A stretch of DNA of 62,928 nt from Deltaproteobacteria bacterium. GTDB lineage: Bacteria; Myxococcota_A; Polyangia; Polyangiales; Houyiibacteriaceae. The stretch spans positions 1 through 62,928 of the forward strand of contig JAXMNT010000043.1 of NCBI GenBank assembly GCA_034670305.1. Reading direction: 5' to 3'. A program made the position numbers and the translations under genes. Under the pieces are notes generated by a model. The model was not told the DNA's origin. It worked only from the letters and a program-made list of their open reading frames with translations, and ran no database searches. Below are positions 9,677-19,422 of this stretch, piece by piece (within the stretch, counting starts at the first letter, position 1; every line of letters starts with the position of its first letter).

Positions 9677-10789
9677 ATGACGGAACGCCCGCGCCAGCGA
9701 CTTCGATCGCTCGGCCTCAAGATCGGCCGATACGACACCGGCGCACACAACGCCATCACCGACGTCGCGGGGGTGAAGGTGGGCCACTCCACGATCATCG
9801 AGGGGGACGCCGGGGCGCGCGTGCCCGGGACCGGCCCCATCCGCACGGGCGTCACGGCCATCTTGCCGGCCGCCGGCGACATCTTCGATGAGCGGGTCAT
9901 CGGCGGCGGCTTCGTGCTCAACGGCGCGGGCGAGGTCTCCGGCTTGACCCAGCTGCTCGAGTGGGGGTTGCTCGAGACGCCCATCTTCCTGACCAACACC
10001 CTCAGCGTCGGCGCGGTGTCGTCCGCCGCGGTCGCGCGGCTCGTGAAAGATCACCCGGGCATCGGGAGCGTGCACGACGTGCTGATCCCAGTCGTGGGCG
10101 AGTGCGACGACTCCTGGCTGAACGACGTCGCCGGCCAACACGTGAAGGCCAAGCACGTGAACGAAGCGTTCGACAGCGCGAGCGGCGGCGCCGTCCTCGA
10201 AGGCAGCGTCGGCGGCGGCACCGGCATGATCACCTGCGACCTGAAGGGCGGCATCGGCACCTCGAGCCGTGTCCTCCCCGAAGCCAACGGCGGCTACACC
10301 GTGGGCGTGCTCGTCATGAGCAACTTCGGCGAACTCAACGAACTGCGGGTCGGCGGCTTTCCGCTCGGCATGCGGCTCGAGGACCGGTTCCGGGATCATT
10401 CGCGCCGCCGCCACAACTACGGCTCGATCATCGCCGTCGTCGCCACCGACGCGCCCTTGATGAGCATGCAGGTCAGCCGCCTGTGCAAACGCGCCGCGCT
10501 CGGCATCGGCCGCGTCGGTTCCACCGCCGCGCACGGCAGCGGCGAGATCATCGTCGGCTTCAGCACCCGCAACCGGGTCCCCCGCGCGACCCAAACCGGC
10601 CTCGTCAAAGGCCTCGAAGTGCTCCTCGACACCCACATCAACCCGCTCTACCAAGCGGTCATCGAAGCCACCGAAGAAGCCATCCTCAACGCCCTCTGCA
10701 TGGCCGAACCCATGTCCGGCGCCGACGGCGCGTTCTGCCCCGCCCTCCCGCTGGACGCCGTCGAAGAAGTCGCCCGCCTGATGACGTAG
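9677..10789 (+). CDS. DmpA-type (P1/S58) aminopeptidase
   Basis: NAITDVAGVKVGH, RTGVTAI, EGSVGGGTGM, KGGIGTSSR; autocleavage-type GSIIAVVATDAP; ATEEAILNAL. Confidence 0.9.
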   Translation: MTERPRQRLRSLGLKIGRYDTGAHNAITDVAGVKVGHSTIIEGDAGARVPGTGPIRTGVTAILPAAGDIFDERVIGGGFVLNGAGEVSGLTQLLEWGLLETPIFLTNTLSVGAVSSAAVARLVKDHPGIGSVHDVLIPVVGECDDSWLNDVAGQHVKAKHVNEAFDSASGGAVLEGSVGGGTGMITCDLKGGIGTSSRVLPEANGGYTVGVLVMSNFGELNELRVGGFPLGMRLEDRFRDHSRRRHNYGSIIAVVATDAPLMSMQVSRLCKRAALGIGRVGSTAAHGSGEIIVGFSTRNRVPRATQTGLVKGLEVLLDTHINPLYQAVIEATEEAILNALCMAEPMSGADGAFCPALPLDAVEEVARLMT

Positions 10790-10800
10790 CCCAGAATCCG

Positions 10801-10990
10801 GTTCGGCTCCGGCGTCGGCTCCCGCGTTGGCATCGCCATCGGCATCGCCATCGGCTTCGGCGTCGGATTCGGCGTCGGATTCGGCTTCGGCTTCGGCTTC
10901 GCCATCGGCTTCGGCATCGGCGTCGGCTTCGGCTTCGGCTTCGCCATCGGCTTCGGCATCGGCGTCAGCGTCGGCATCGGCTCCGGATCG
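10801..10990 (+). repeat. TCGG-NN hexamer array
   Basis: TCGGCT/TCGGCA/TCGGAT/TCGCCA units between co-directional genes. Confidence 0.95.
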
Positions 10991-11068
10991 ACCCCGGCAC
11001 CGCCCAGCAACCCCATCTCGCCGGACTCTTCTGGCGCGCTGCGCCCTCAGCGCGCAGACTCCGCGACC

Positions 11069-13096
11069 ATGCGCATCGCCTTCACCCACAACCTCCAGCG
11101 CTCCGGCGCCGAGGAGGAGGCGGAGTTCGACACCGCCGAAACCGTCCGGTTCATCCAGCGCGCGCTCGAGCGGCTCGGCCACCAGGTCGACCTGGTCGAC
11201 GTCGCCGGCTCCGCGGCGCGCCTGACCGCACGCCTCGAGGCGCTCCGACCGGACCTCGTGTTCAACACAGCCGAAGGCACCCACGGGCGTTTCCGGGAAG
11301 CGTTCTACCCCGCCCTCTTCGAACAACTCGGTCTGCCCTACACCGGCTCGGACCCGTACGTCTGCACCCTCACGCTCGACAAGGAGCTCACGAAGCTCGT
11401 GCTCGCCGGCCACTCGGTGCGCGCGCCGCTCGGCAAGGTCGTGCACACGCTCGCGGAAGTCGACGCACTCACCTTCCGGTTCCCCGTCATCGTGAAACCG
11501 AACCACGAAGGCAGCTCGAAAGGCATCACCGAAGACTCGGTCGTCGACGACCTGCCGGCGCTGCGCGCACGCTGCGAATCCGCCTGGGCGCGCTTCGATG
11601 GTGGCCTACTGATCGAAGAGTTCATCGTCGGGCGCGACGTGGTCGTTCCCTTCGTCGAAGGCGCGAGCCCGGAGACCGGCGGCGTGCTCGAACCTGCCTC
11701 GTACCGCTTCGACGAAGCCGTCGTGGGCAAGCGCAAGCACGTCATCTACGACTACTCGCTCAAGAGCACGCTCTCGGACGCGGTGCATGTCGAAGTGCCC
11801 GCGCAGGTGGACGACGCGGTGCGCGCGACGTTGATGGAGACCTCTCGAGTCGTGTTCGAGGCGCTCAAGATCCGGGACGCCGCGCGCATCGACTTCCGCG
11901 TCACCGACGAAGGCGAAGTGTTCTTCATCGAGATCAACGCGCTGCCGTCGTTCGAACCGGGTGCGAGCATCTACCTCTGCGCCGCGCGGGTCGGGCTCGA
12001 AGATCCCACCGAGGTGATCGGCTCAGTCGTCGACAGCGCGGCGAAGCGCTTCGGGATCGAGTCGAAGAAGACCACCGCGACCGGCAGCCTCAAGGCGCGT
12101 CGGCGTGGACGGCCGGTTCGCGTTGGGCTGACCCACAACGTCAAACGGGGCAGCGACGAGACCCAGGCCGAGTTCGACTCTCCCGAGACCATCGAATCGA
12201 TTCGGGCCGCGATCGCGTCCTTCGGCCACGAGGTCGTCTTGCTCGAAGCGCGGGCCGACTTGCCCGCCCGCATCGCCGAGTCGCAGATCGACGTGGCGTT
12301 CAACATCGCGGAGGGACTCGTCGGTCGCGCGCGAGAATCCCAGGTGCCCTCCCTGCTCGAGTTGCTCGGCCTGCCGTACACCGGCTCGGACCCGTCGACG
12401 TTGAGCCTCTGCCTCGACAAGGCGCTCGCCAAGCAGGTCGTCGAGCACGCCGGCGTGCCGGTGCCGCTCGGCCTCGTCTGGCGCACGGGCAAAGAGAAAC
12501 TCCCGAAGGACTTCCCCTTCCCGGCGCTGGCGAAGCCCGTCGCGGAAGGCAGCTCGAAGGGCATCGGGGGCGGGGTCTGCCGCACCGAAGCGGAGCTGCG
12601 CGAGACGGTCCGCGCGCTGGTCGACGCGTACGCGCAGCCGGTGCTGGTCGAGACCTTCTTGCCGGGCCGGGAGTTCACCATCGGACTGCTCGGCGCGAGC
12701 CGCCCAAGGGTGTTGCCGCCGCTCGAGATCCTGTTCCAGGAGTCCGCCGACGAGCTGCCGATCTACTCGTACGCCCACAAGTTCGAAGGCAAACCGATCC
12801 AGTTCGAGGTGCCGGCCAAGGTGGACGCCAAACTCGGCGCGGAACTCGAACGCGTCGGCCGCAAGGCGTTCCGCGCGCTCGGCTGCCGCGACGTCGCGCG
12901 CATCGACGTGCGCTGCGACGGGCACGGCAAAGTGCACTTCATCGAGTGCAACCCGCTCCCCGGGCTCAGTCCCGGCTTCTCGGATCTCTGCGTGATCGCG
13001 GAATCGACCGGCATGTCGCACCAGGATCTCATCGGCGAGATCCTCGCCCCCGCCCTGCGCCGCGGCGGCTTCCGGATCTCACGCGACCCAGCCTAG
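11069..13096 (+). CDS. Tandem two-domain D-Ala-D-Ala-ligase-like ATP-grasp protein
   Basis: Two full copies: [20 protein letters not shown] / [16 protein letters not shown] / [13 protein letters not shown] / FIECNPLPG. Confidence 0.88.
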   Translation: MRIAFTHNLQRSGAEEEAEFDTAETVRFIQRALERLGHQVDLVDVAGSAARLTARLEALRPDLVFNTAEGTHGRFREAFYPALFEQLGLPYTGSDPYVCTLTLDKELTKLVLAGHSVRAPLGKVVHTLAEVDALTFRFPVIVKPNHEGSSKGITEDSVVDDLPALRARCESAWARFDGGLLIEEFIVGRDVVVPFVEGASPETGGVLEPASYRFDEAVVGKRKHVIYDYSLKSTLSDAVHVEVPAQVDDAVRATLMETSRVVFEALKIRDAARIDFRVTDEGEVFFIEINALPSFEPGASIYLCAARVGLEDPTEVIGSVVDSAAKRFGIESKKTTATGSLKARRRGRPVRVGLTHNVKRGSDETQAEFDSPETIESIRAAIASFGHEVVLLEARADLPARIAESQIDVAFNIAEGLVGRARESQVPSLLELLGLPYTGSDPSTLSLCLDKALAKQVVEHAGVPVPLGLVWRTGKEKLPKDFPFPALAKPVAEGSSKGIGGGVCRTEAELRETVRALVDAYAQPVLVETFLPGREFTIGLLGASRPRVLPPLEILFQESADELPIYSYAHKFEGKPIQFEVPAKVDAKLGAELERVGRKAFRALGCRDVARIDVRCDGHGKVHFIECNPLPGLSPGFSDLCVIAESTGMSHQDLIGEILAPALRRGGFRISRDPA

Positions 13097-13100
13097 CGCC

Positions 13101-13393
13101 GGTTCGGCTTCGGAGTCGGAGTCGGAGTCGGCTTCGGAGTCGGCTTCGGTTTCGGCGTCGGCTTCGGAGTCGGCTTCGGCGTCGGCGTCGGCTTCGGCGT
13201 CGGCTTCGGCTTCGGCGTCGGCGTCGGCTTCGGCTTCGGAGTCGGCTTCGGCTTCGGCGTCGGCTTCGGAGTCGGCTTCGGCGTCGGAGTCGGCTTCGGC
13301 TTCGGCTTCGGCTTCGCTTCGGAGTCGGCGTCGGCCTCAGCGTCGGATTCGGCTTCGATTCGGACGGGCCACGGGCACGGGCACGCACACGGC
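13101..13393 (+). repeat. TCGG-NN hexamer array ending in a (GGGCAC)n block
   Basis: TCGGCT/TCGGAG/TCGGCG units, then acgggcacgggcacg; between convergent genes. Confidence 0.95.
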
Positions 13394-13407
13394 CACCTCC
13401 TACCCGC

Positions 13408-14679
13408 CTACGCGTCCGGGTTGATGATGCAGGTGCGGAACTCTTCGCCGCCGCTGCAGATCACCGTGGGGCCGTTGCAGCAGGCGGGGCCGTCGGCGGT
13501 GCAGAACTCCCCGAGTTGCGGGCCATCGCAGGCGTCGCAGTCCGCAGGATCGCTCGAACAGCTCAGCGCGCCCGTCGCGTCGGGGACGCACGCGCAGCCG
13601 CAGCAGTCCGACGCCGTGGTGCACGCGCCGGCGTCCGGCACGCACTCGGAGCCGCAACGGAGCACGCCTTCGGAGTCCGGGGTGCAGATGCCGCCGCAGC
13701 ACACGTCGCCGAACGCACACTCGTCGCCGTCGCCGACGCAGCAGATGTTCGTTCCGGCGCGGCCTTCGGTGCACATGATGTCGGGGTAGACGTCGGTGCA
13801 GCAGTCCTCGGTCATCTCGCATGCACGACCGGGCAAGGTGCAGGTTCCGTCGCCACCAAAGCATCGGCGGAAGCCGGTGCCGGTCGGTTCGCAGCCGGTG
13901 TCGCCGCCGCCGTTCGGGCAGCAGTTCGAGCTCGCGCCGCCGTCGCCGCACACTTCGCCGGCGGGCAAACACGAATCGGCGTTGGCGCAGCGCATGATCG
14001 AGCGCCCGTCGAGCGTCATCGCGGTCTCTTCACAGACGCCGCTACAGCACTCACCGTCCGCGGCGCAGAGTTCGTCTTGGACCCGGCAGCCGCCGAGGAA
14101 CTGACAGCGGGGTCCGGTCCCGTCCGTGTCCAAGCAAACCGTCGAACAACACGAGCCGCTCAGCCCCTCACCACTGCACGGTTCGCCCGCGGTGCTGCAC
14201 GATCCAAACGAGGCACATGTGCCGGGACCGTCACCAGGACGATCGCAGAAACGGTTGCAGCAGTCGCCGTCGTCCATGCACGACTCTTCCTGCGCGCGGC
14301 AAGCCGGGCTCGGGCCGCAGATGCAATCCCCTTCGCCGTCGCAGGCGGTGCCGCCGCTGGCGTTGCACGCGCCGCTGCAACAGTCGATGGCGTCGGCGCA
14401 GGCGGTGCCCACCGCGGTGCAGCCGGCACTCTCGCCGCAGGTGCCGCCCTCGCACACGTTGGAGCAGCAATCGCCAGGCGCCCCGCACACGAGACCCCGC
14501 GCCAGACAGGCTTCGGCATCGGGACGTGGGGCATCCACCGAGGGCCCATCCGTGTTCGTGTCCACCGTGGAGACGTCTTCGCCACCTCCGCCGCCGTCGA
14601 GATCGCCGGGGTCGTCCCCGCAATCACACGCGACCAGCAAGAAGCAAGAGACCCAGACCAGGAGCGGTGCGCAGCGCAT
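13408..14679 (-). CDS. Cys-rich repeat lipoprotein (myxobacterial type)
   Basis: Lipobox LVAC, then many C-x6-C-x5-CC-x3-C modules. Confidence 0.85.
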   Translation of the reverse strand: MRCAPLLVWVSCFLLVACDCGDDPGDLDGGGGGEDVSTVDTNTDGPSVDAPRPDAEACLARGLVCGAPGDCCSNVCEGGTCGESAGCTAVGTACADAIDCCSGACNASGGTACDGEGDCICGPSPACRAQEESCMDDGDCCNRFCDRPGDGPGTCASFGSCSTAGEPCSGEGLSGSCCSTVCLDTDGTGPRCQFLGGCRVQDELCAADGECCSGVCEETAMTLDGRSIMRCANADSCLPAGEVCGDGGASSNCCPNGGGDTGCEPTGTGFRRCFGGDGTCTLPGRACEMTEDCCTDVYPDIMCTEGRAGTNICCVGDGDECAFGDVCCGGICTPDSEGVLRCGSECVPDAGACTTASDCCGCACVPDATGALSCSSDPADCDACDGPQLGEFCTADGPACCNGPTVICSGGEEFRTCIINPDA

Positions 14680-14733
14680 GACCCATCATGCACCGAAAGG
14701 CCCACTTCCTTCACGAAGTTGGCGAGATTTCTC

Positions 14734-15708
14734 TCAGACCCAGCGTTTGCGCTTCATCCAGAGGTAGCCACCCACCGAGCTGGCCAGCATGACGAACCAG
14801 GCCATCTCGTAGCCGTACTTCCAATGGATGCCGGGCATCGAGTCGAAGTTCATGCCGTACAGGCCCGTGATGAAGGTCAGCGGGAGCATGATGGTCGAGA
14901 TGATGGTGAGGATCTTCATGACCTCGTTGAGCCGGTGCGACTGCATGGAGAGGTAGGCCTCCAGGCTCGACGCCACCAGGTCTTCGTAACTCTCGCAGAG
15001 GTCCATCACCCGCACGAAGTGGTCGTCCACGTCTCGGTAGAAGGGGCGGGCGTCGACCGGCACGTGCGGCAGCGCGCCATCGGAGAGACGACGCAGAATG
15101 GTCTTCTGGTGCATGCCCACCCGGCGGAGCCGCTGCAAGATGTGCTTGAGCGAGAAGATGCGGCGAAGGAGCTTCGGGTCCGGATCGTCGACCGCAGCGC
15201 CTTCCACCGAAGCGACCTCTTCGTCGATGCGTTCCATCCAGGGCAGCAGCTCGTCGACCATCATGTCCGCGAGCCGGTGCGCGACGAACGAGGGTCCCCG
15301 CCGCAAGAGCGCCGGGTCTCGGCGAATCTCCTGACGAGCGACACGCAGCGACTCCACCGGCGTACGGTGGTGGGTCACCAGGAACCGGTCCCCCAAGAAG
15401 AAGTCCACGTCGATGGTGTCGCGCTCGAGGACTTCCTTGCCGGTGGCCGTCGCGAGCCCGTGGAGAATCAAGTAGAGGTACCCCTCGTGGACTTCGACCT
15501 TGGGCGTCGGGGCGATCGAGAGCGCGTCTTCGACCAGCAGTTCGTGGAGCTCGAACACGTCCGTGAGCAGCACCCGCTCCGCTTCGCCCGCTTGGTCCAG
15601 GCTGACCCAGATGGTCACGTCCTCGTCGGCCATCAACTCCGGGACCTCCTGAGGCGAGGGTTCGAAGGTGGGCCCAGTCGAGCGGCACGCAAAAACGAGG
15701 GTCGGCAC
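14734..15708 (-). CDS. corA: CorA magnesium/cobalt transporter (start codon uncertain)
   Basis: LNEVMKILT..STIMLPLTFITGLYGMNF..MP (GMN signature) and two C-terminal TM helices. Confidence 0.92.
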   Translation of the reverse strand: MPTLVFACRSTGPTFEPSPQEVPELMADEDVTIWVSLDQAGEAERVLLTDVFELHELLVEDALSIAPTPKVEVHEGYLYLILHGLATATGKEVLERDTIDVDFFLGDRFLVTHHRTPVESLRVARQEIRRDPALLRRGPSFVAHRLADMMVDELLPWMERIDEEVASVEGAAVDDPDPKLLRRIFSLKHILQRLRRVGMHQKTILRRLSDGALPHVPVDARPFYRDVDDHFVRVMDLCESYEDLVASSLEAYLSMQSHRLNEVMKILTIISTIMLPLTFITGLYGMNFDSMPGIHWKYGYEMAWFVMLASSVGGYLWMKRKRWV

Positions 15709-15750
15709 CGAGAAACGGTATCGAAGTCGAGGCAGAAGCCGCACTTTTCG

Positions 15751-15810
15751 GCCACGGCGGGTCCGGCGCTGCGAAGCCTGCCGCCGCGTGGTTGGGGGTC
15801 GATCCCCAGC
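15751..15810. repeat. Two-hairpin palindromic element (GCGAAGC hairpin plus G/C hairpin)
   Basis: CCACGGCGG...GCGAAGC...CCGCCGCGTGG then TGGGG-GTCGAT-CCCCA; same architecture as 127-201. Confidence 0.5.
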
Positions 15811-15821
15811 GATATCCCCTG

Positions 15822-15940
15822 GTCTCTCGCGGGGTTCCTGCGGGCACGGACGCCTTCGGCTTTCCGAACCCTTGGAAACGGCTCTGGACCTGCTCGTCGC
15901 TTCGCTCCTGCGCGGGCCCAGATCCTCCCGCGCGAGAGAC
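15822..15940. mobile_element. ~119-bp MITE/REP-like element, copy 1
   Basis: 10-bp terminal inverted repeats GTCTCTCGCG / CGCGAGAGAC; ~100-nt core differs from 47121-47229 at about 6 positions. Confidence 0.8.
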
Positions 15941-15961
15941 ATATCGGCTAAGGTCCCCCGC

Positions 15962-16429
15962 ATGAAGGGCGACCCCGAAATCCTCGACATCCTCAACAAC
16001 CTGCTCACGCACGAGCTGACGGCCATCAACCAGTACTTCATCCATCACAAGATGCTGCTCGACTGGGGCTACAAGAAGCTGTCGGACAAAAAGCGCGCGG
16101 AGTCGATCGAGGAGATGCAGCACGCGGACGAAGTGATCGACCGCATCCTCTTCTTCGACGGGGTGCCCAACATGCAGCGGCTCAACCCGGTGAAGGTCGG
16201 CGAAGACCCCGTCGAGCAGCACAAGCTCGACCTCGAACTGGAACTCGAAGCGGTCGCCAACCTCAAAAAGGGCATCGAGATCTGCATGAAGAAAGCCGAC
16301 GTCGGCACCCGCGCCCTGCTCGAAAAGATCCTGGTCGACGAAGAAGAAGCGATCGACTGGCTCGAGACCCAGCTGCACTTGGTCGACGAGCTCGGCAAGA
16401 CCGCCTACCTCGCCGAACACCTCGAGTAG
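15962..16429 (+). CDS. bfr: Bacterioferritin
   Basis: MKGDPEILDILNNLLTHELTAINQYFIH, ESIEEMQHAD, ILFFDGVPN, DEEEAIDWLETQ. Confidence 0.95.
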   Translation: MKGDPEILDILNNLLTHELTAINQYFIHHKMLLDWGYKKLSDKKRAESIEEMQHADEVIDRILFFDGVPNMQRLNPVKVGEDPVEQHKLDLELELEAVANLKKGIEICMKKADVGTRALLEKILVDEEEAIDWLETQLHLVDELGKTAYLAEHLE

Positions 16430-16462
16430 AGAGGCGAGCCCCAGCAACCGGTGTCCTGAGTG

Positions 16463-16703
16463 CCGTCGGCTTCGGCTTCGGGATCGGCTTCGGGATCGGC
16501 TTCGGCTTAGGCCGTCGGCTTCGGCGTCGGCTTCGGCGTCGGCTTCGGCGTCGGCTTCGGCGTCGGCTTCGGGATCGGCTTCGGCCGTCGGCTTCGGGAT
16601 CGGCTTCGGGATCGGCTTCGGGATCCGCTTCGGCCGTCGGCGTCGGCGTCGGCTTGGCCTTCGCTTGGGCATCGCCTTCGGATCGGGCACGGGCACGGGC
16701 ACG
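16463..16703 (+). repeat. TCGG-NN hexamer array ending in a (GGGCAC)n block
   Basis: TCGGCT/TCGGGA/TCGGCG units, then gggcacgggcacgggcac. Confidence 0.95.
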
Positions 16704-16769
16704 GGGCCTCGCCTTTCGGCTCGGCGGGCCTCGCCTTTCGGCTCGGCGGGCCTCGCCTTTCGGCTCGGC
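16704..16769. repeat. Three perfect 22-bp tandem repeats
   Basis: GGGCCTCGCCTTTCGGCTCGGC x3; the minus strand contains a GCC-GAAA-GGC hairpin. Confidence 0.95.
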
Positions 16770-16777
16770 GGCCGCGG

Positions 16778-17710
16778 TCAGTAGTTCCGGACCACGACCT
16801 CGGGCACCTTGCCGCGCTTGCTCCCGTTGGAGTTGATCGCGCGTCCGGCGTACACCACGTCGATGTTCCACTTCGCGTAGAGCCCGCGGATGAACGGCAC
16901 GTCGCTGTTGCTGAGCATGAGCTTGCAGCCACGGCGATCGAGCTCGGCGAACACGTCGCGCAGCCGCCGCTGGTCGTCCTGCGAGAAGCCGCCAGTCGCG
17001 TAGCTCGTGAAACTCGCGGTCTCGGACACCGGCTCGTAGGGCGGGTCGAGGTAGACGAAGTCGCCCGGCTTCGCGCGCCGCAAGAGCCCTTCGAAACCAT
17101 CGCGCACGATGGTCGACCGGCGCAGCGCCGCGCTCGCCGCGCGCAGCCCAACCGGGTCGGAGATCTTCGGGTTGGTGTAGCGCCCGAACGGCACGTTGAA
17201 CTCGCCCTTGCGGTTGACCCGGTGCAGGCCGTTGAAGCAGGTGCGGTTCAAGTAGATGAAGAGCGCCGCGTGTTCGACGTTCGAGTGGCGGCCGGTGTTG
17301 TACTCGCTGCGCCGCTCGTAGAACTTCTCTTTGCTGTGCACCGCCGCGAGTGGCTCGAGCGCCTCGAGCACACCTTCCACGTCCTCGCGAATCGCTTGGT
17401 ACGTGCGCACGAGCTTGCCGTTCACGTCGCAGAGCAGTGCGCGCTGTGGCCGCTGCGCGAAGAAGAACGCGCCCCCGCCCACGAAGGGTTCGACGTGACG
17501 CATGCGCTCGACGCCTTCGGGAAGCAGCGGCGTCAGCTGCGGAAGCAACCGGCCCTTGCCGCCCACCCACTTGATGAAGGGTTTGGCCGGAGGCGCCTCG
17601 GGCGCTTTTCGAAGCGCCTTGGACCGGAGCGGGGACCGACGCGCGGCCGCCTGCGGGACGGGCTTCTTGACCAGGGAGATTCGAGCGACCGCTGCTGCTG
17701 ATGTAGCCAT
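16778..17710 (-). CDS. Dam-like (D12 class) DNA adenine methyltransferase, orphan
   Basis: KWVGGK, EPFVGGG (motif I), FNGLHRVN.KGEFNVPFG, YLDPPY (motif IV), LSNS. Confidence 0.92.
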   Translation of the reverse strand: MATSAAAVARISLVKKPVPQAAARRSPLRSKALRKAPEAPPAKPFIKWVGGKGRLLPQLTPLLPEGVERMRHVEPFVGGGAFFFAQRPQRALLCDVNGKLVRTYQAIREDVEGVLEALEPLAAVHSKEKFYERRSEYNTGRHSNVEHAALFIYLNRTCFNGLHRVNRKGEFNVPFGRYTNPKISDPVGLRAASAALRRSTIVRDGFEGLLRRAKPGDFVYLDPPYEPVSETASFTSYATGGFSQDDQRRLRDVFAELDRRGCKLMLSNSDVPFIRGLYAKWNIDVVYAGRAINSNGSKRGKVPEVVVRNY

Positions 17711-17870
17711 GTGAAGTTGGATATCCTACATCCGCCTACCCCTGAACTTTTTGGCCCAAACTTTTTCGAAACCGATCAATTCCCTAGAAAACCGAGTGAT
17801 CGTCCCAATCCCGGCGCCACCACAGTTGAGTTCGAATCGCGCGGCTCAAATTCGATCCCTCCTTCGAGCA

Positions 17871-17889
17871 AATGAAATTGACTTTCATC
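17871..17889. promoter_or_regulatory. Putative Fur box upstream of bfd
   Basis: AATGAAATTGACTTTCATC: ATGAAA-N5-TTTCAT inverted repeat resembling the 7-1-7 Fur consensus, 25 bp before the bfd start. Confidence 0.65.
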
Positions 17890-17914
17890 AAGCATGACGC
17901 ATCCTAGGGGGGTC

Positions 17915-18127
17915 ATGTTGGTTTGCCACTGCAAGCGAGTTCACTGCCGGGTCATCCGCGACTGCGTGGAAGCGGGCGCCCGCGACACCGACACCGTCGG
18001 CCGCCTCTGCGGCGCCGGCACCGGCTGCGGCGGCTGCAAGCCGCTCCTCGGCAAGCTCGTCGACGCCGAAAAAGAGCGCAACGACCGCGCCCTCGGCTGC
18101 GACCACCACGCCACCGCCGCCCACTGA
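17915..18127 (+). CDS. bfd: Bacterioferritin-associated [2Fe-2S] ferredoxin
   Basis: MLVCHCKRV...CGAGTGCGGC pattern (CxC...CxxC). Confidence 0.85.
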   Translation: MLVCHCKRVHCRVIRDCVEAGARDTDTVGRLCGAGTGCGGCKPLLGKLVDAEKERNDRALGCDHHATAAH

Positions 18128-18134
18128 CGCGCGC

Positions 18135-19268
18135 CTAAGGAGCGAGCCAAGCCCTGAGCAGCGGGAGCGCGGGCGCGTACAGGTCCGCGGTCGGCACGTC
18201 GTACGTCACCTGACAGCGTTCCGCGATGCCGGCCGCGTCGTACGCCCGGCAGAGTTCGTCCCCGAAGTTCGGTAGGTGCGTGCAGTCGACCGTACCCGCG
18301 GGCCGGCAGTCGGAGGCTTCGAGCGGCAGTGTCTCGAGAGGAGCGAGGTAAGCCATGGCGACGGGTGGATCGTCCCCGAGAACATCCCCCACAGCGTGCC
18401 CCAAGTTCGCGCTCCCAAAACGCCGGAGGATGACGGAGCGGCTGGCCCTCGAAAAGAACCGGTCCGCGATCCACTCCCCCCAGTACGAGGTCTGGGCCTG
18501 AATCCCATATACGCCGCGCAGCGCTGTGGGCTGGCGGCGGGCCGGGTCGGGATGGTCGGCATCCATCAGGTCGTCTTGCAACGCGGTCCAGATCGCCAGC
18601 GTCCCTCGCGAACGGGCGATCGCCGCCATGCGCTCGGACGACGTACCCAGCGAGGCCGCATGGCAACGGAGGAACTGGATCGCGTGCGCTAGATCCGTCC
18701 TCGGTGCCCCGTCCTCTCGGTTCACCACAGGGTGTCGGAACTCCACGCTGGCGAAGGCGGTGCCTTCGGCGAGGAGCGGACGCGCAACGTCTTCAGCCAA
18801 CGCCGAGCTCGAACCCACTTCCCGCGTCGAACCATTGGCGTGCGCCCAGACCACCACAGGTGCCTCGCCGCTGGCACCTAGCGGGAGGTACACATCCACC
18901 ACCTGCTCGAGATCGACCTCGTTCTCCCGCCACGTGGCCGAGCCGTAGGGGATTCCGAGGAAACACGTGCACAGGTCGCCACAGAAGCAGTCGGCGGCGC
19001 GGTAGGACTCGAGGTCGAGCCCGCCGCCGCATGCCGCCGCCACCACCGCATCCGCGGCGTCGGACGATGCATCGGTCGACGCGGCGTCGGTCGATGCGGC
19101 GTCGATCGATTCAGCATCGATCGTGCCCGCATCCAGCGACGCTGCGTCGGACAGGCCCGCGTCGCGCACAGCCGCATCGCCCGCGTCTTCGGAATCGCCA
19201 CAACCCGCGATCATCGCCAAAATGAGCACGACGGATCCGGGGGCCGTGCGGCGCAGTCGTTTCTCCAT
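18135..19268 (-). CDS. Lipoprotein with an alpha/beta-hydrolase-like domain
   Basis: Lipobox IAGC, D/A/S linker, DVYLP..PVVVWAHANG, ARSRG nucleophile-elbow-like motif, THLPNFG. Confidence 0.6.
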   Translation of the reverse strand: MEKRLRRTAPGSVVLILAMIAGCGDSEDAGDAAVRDAGLSDAASLDAGTIDAESIDAASTDAASTDASSDAADAVVAAACGGGLDLESYRAADCFCGDLCTCFLGIPYGSATWRENEVDLEQVVDVYLPLGASGEAPVVVWAHANGSTREVGSSSALAEDVARPLLAEGTAFASVEFRHPVVNREDGAPRTDLAHAIQFLRCHAASLGTSSERMAAIARSRGTLAIWTALQDDLMDADHPDPARRQPTALRGVYGIQAQTSYWGEWIADRFFSRASRSVILRRFGSANLGHAVGDVLGDDPPVAMAYLAPLETLPLEASDCRPAGTVDCTHLPNFGDELCRAYDAAGIAERCQVTYDVPTADLYAPALPLLRAWLAP

Positions 19269-19422
19269 GGGGCACTCTACCAACATCGTCCCTGCGCCCG
19301 CGAGCCATCACGAGCCAGCTGAAGCTGAGTCGTGATGATGCTCGAGCGCTTCTCGAAGGGCTTCATGGGATCGTCGGCGTCGCGGATCTCAACACGCGAC
19401 CCCAGAACAGCCGGCCTGTTTC

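Noticed and set aside
11069-13096. Canonical ddl for peptidoglycan synthesis
   Set aside because: Duplicated architecture, missing GGxSxE motif and no dcw-cluster context; gene symbol withheld.
9961-15951. 1996-aa plus-strand ORF and other very long Arg/Pro-rich ORFs (e.g. 14711-16702, the 5' part of 33646-37899, 54599-57619)
   Set aside because: Shadow frames of real genes in high-GC DNA, extended through stop-free hexamer arrays; no protein motifs.
16704-16769. Possible CRISPR array
   Set aside because: The repeats are contiguous with no spacers, and there are no cas genes in the window.
19290-19420. Possible gene remnant between the hydrolase and mlaF
   Set aside because: Short, with no recognisable motif; a pseudogene call cannot be supported.
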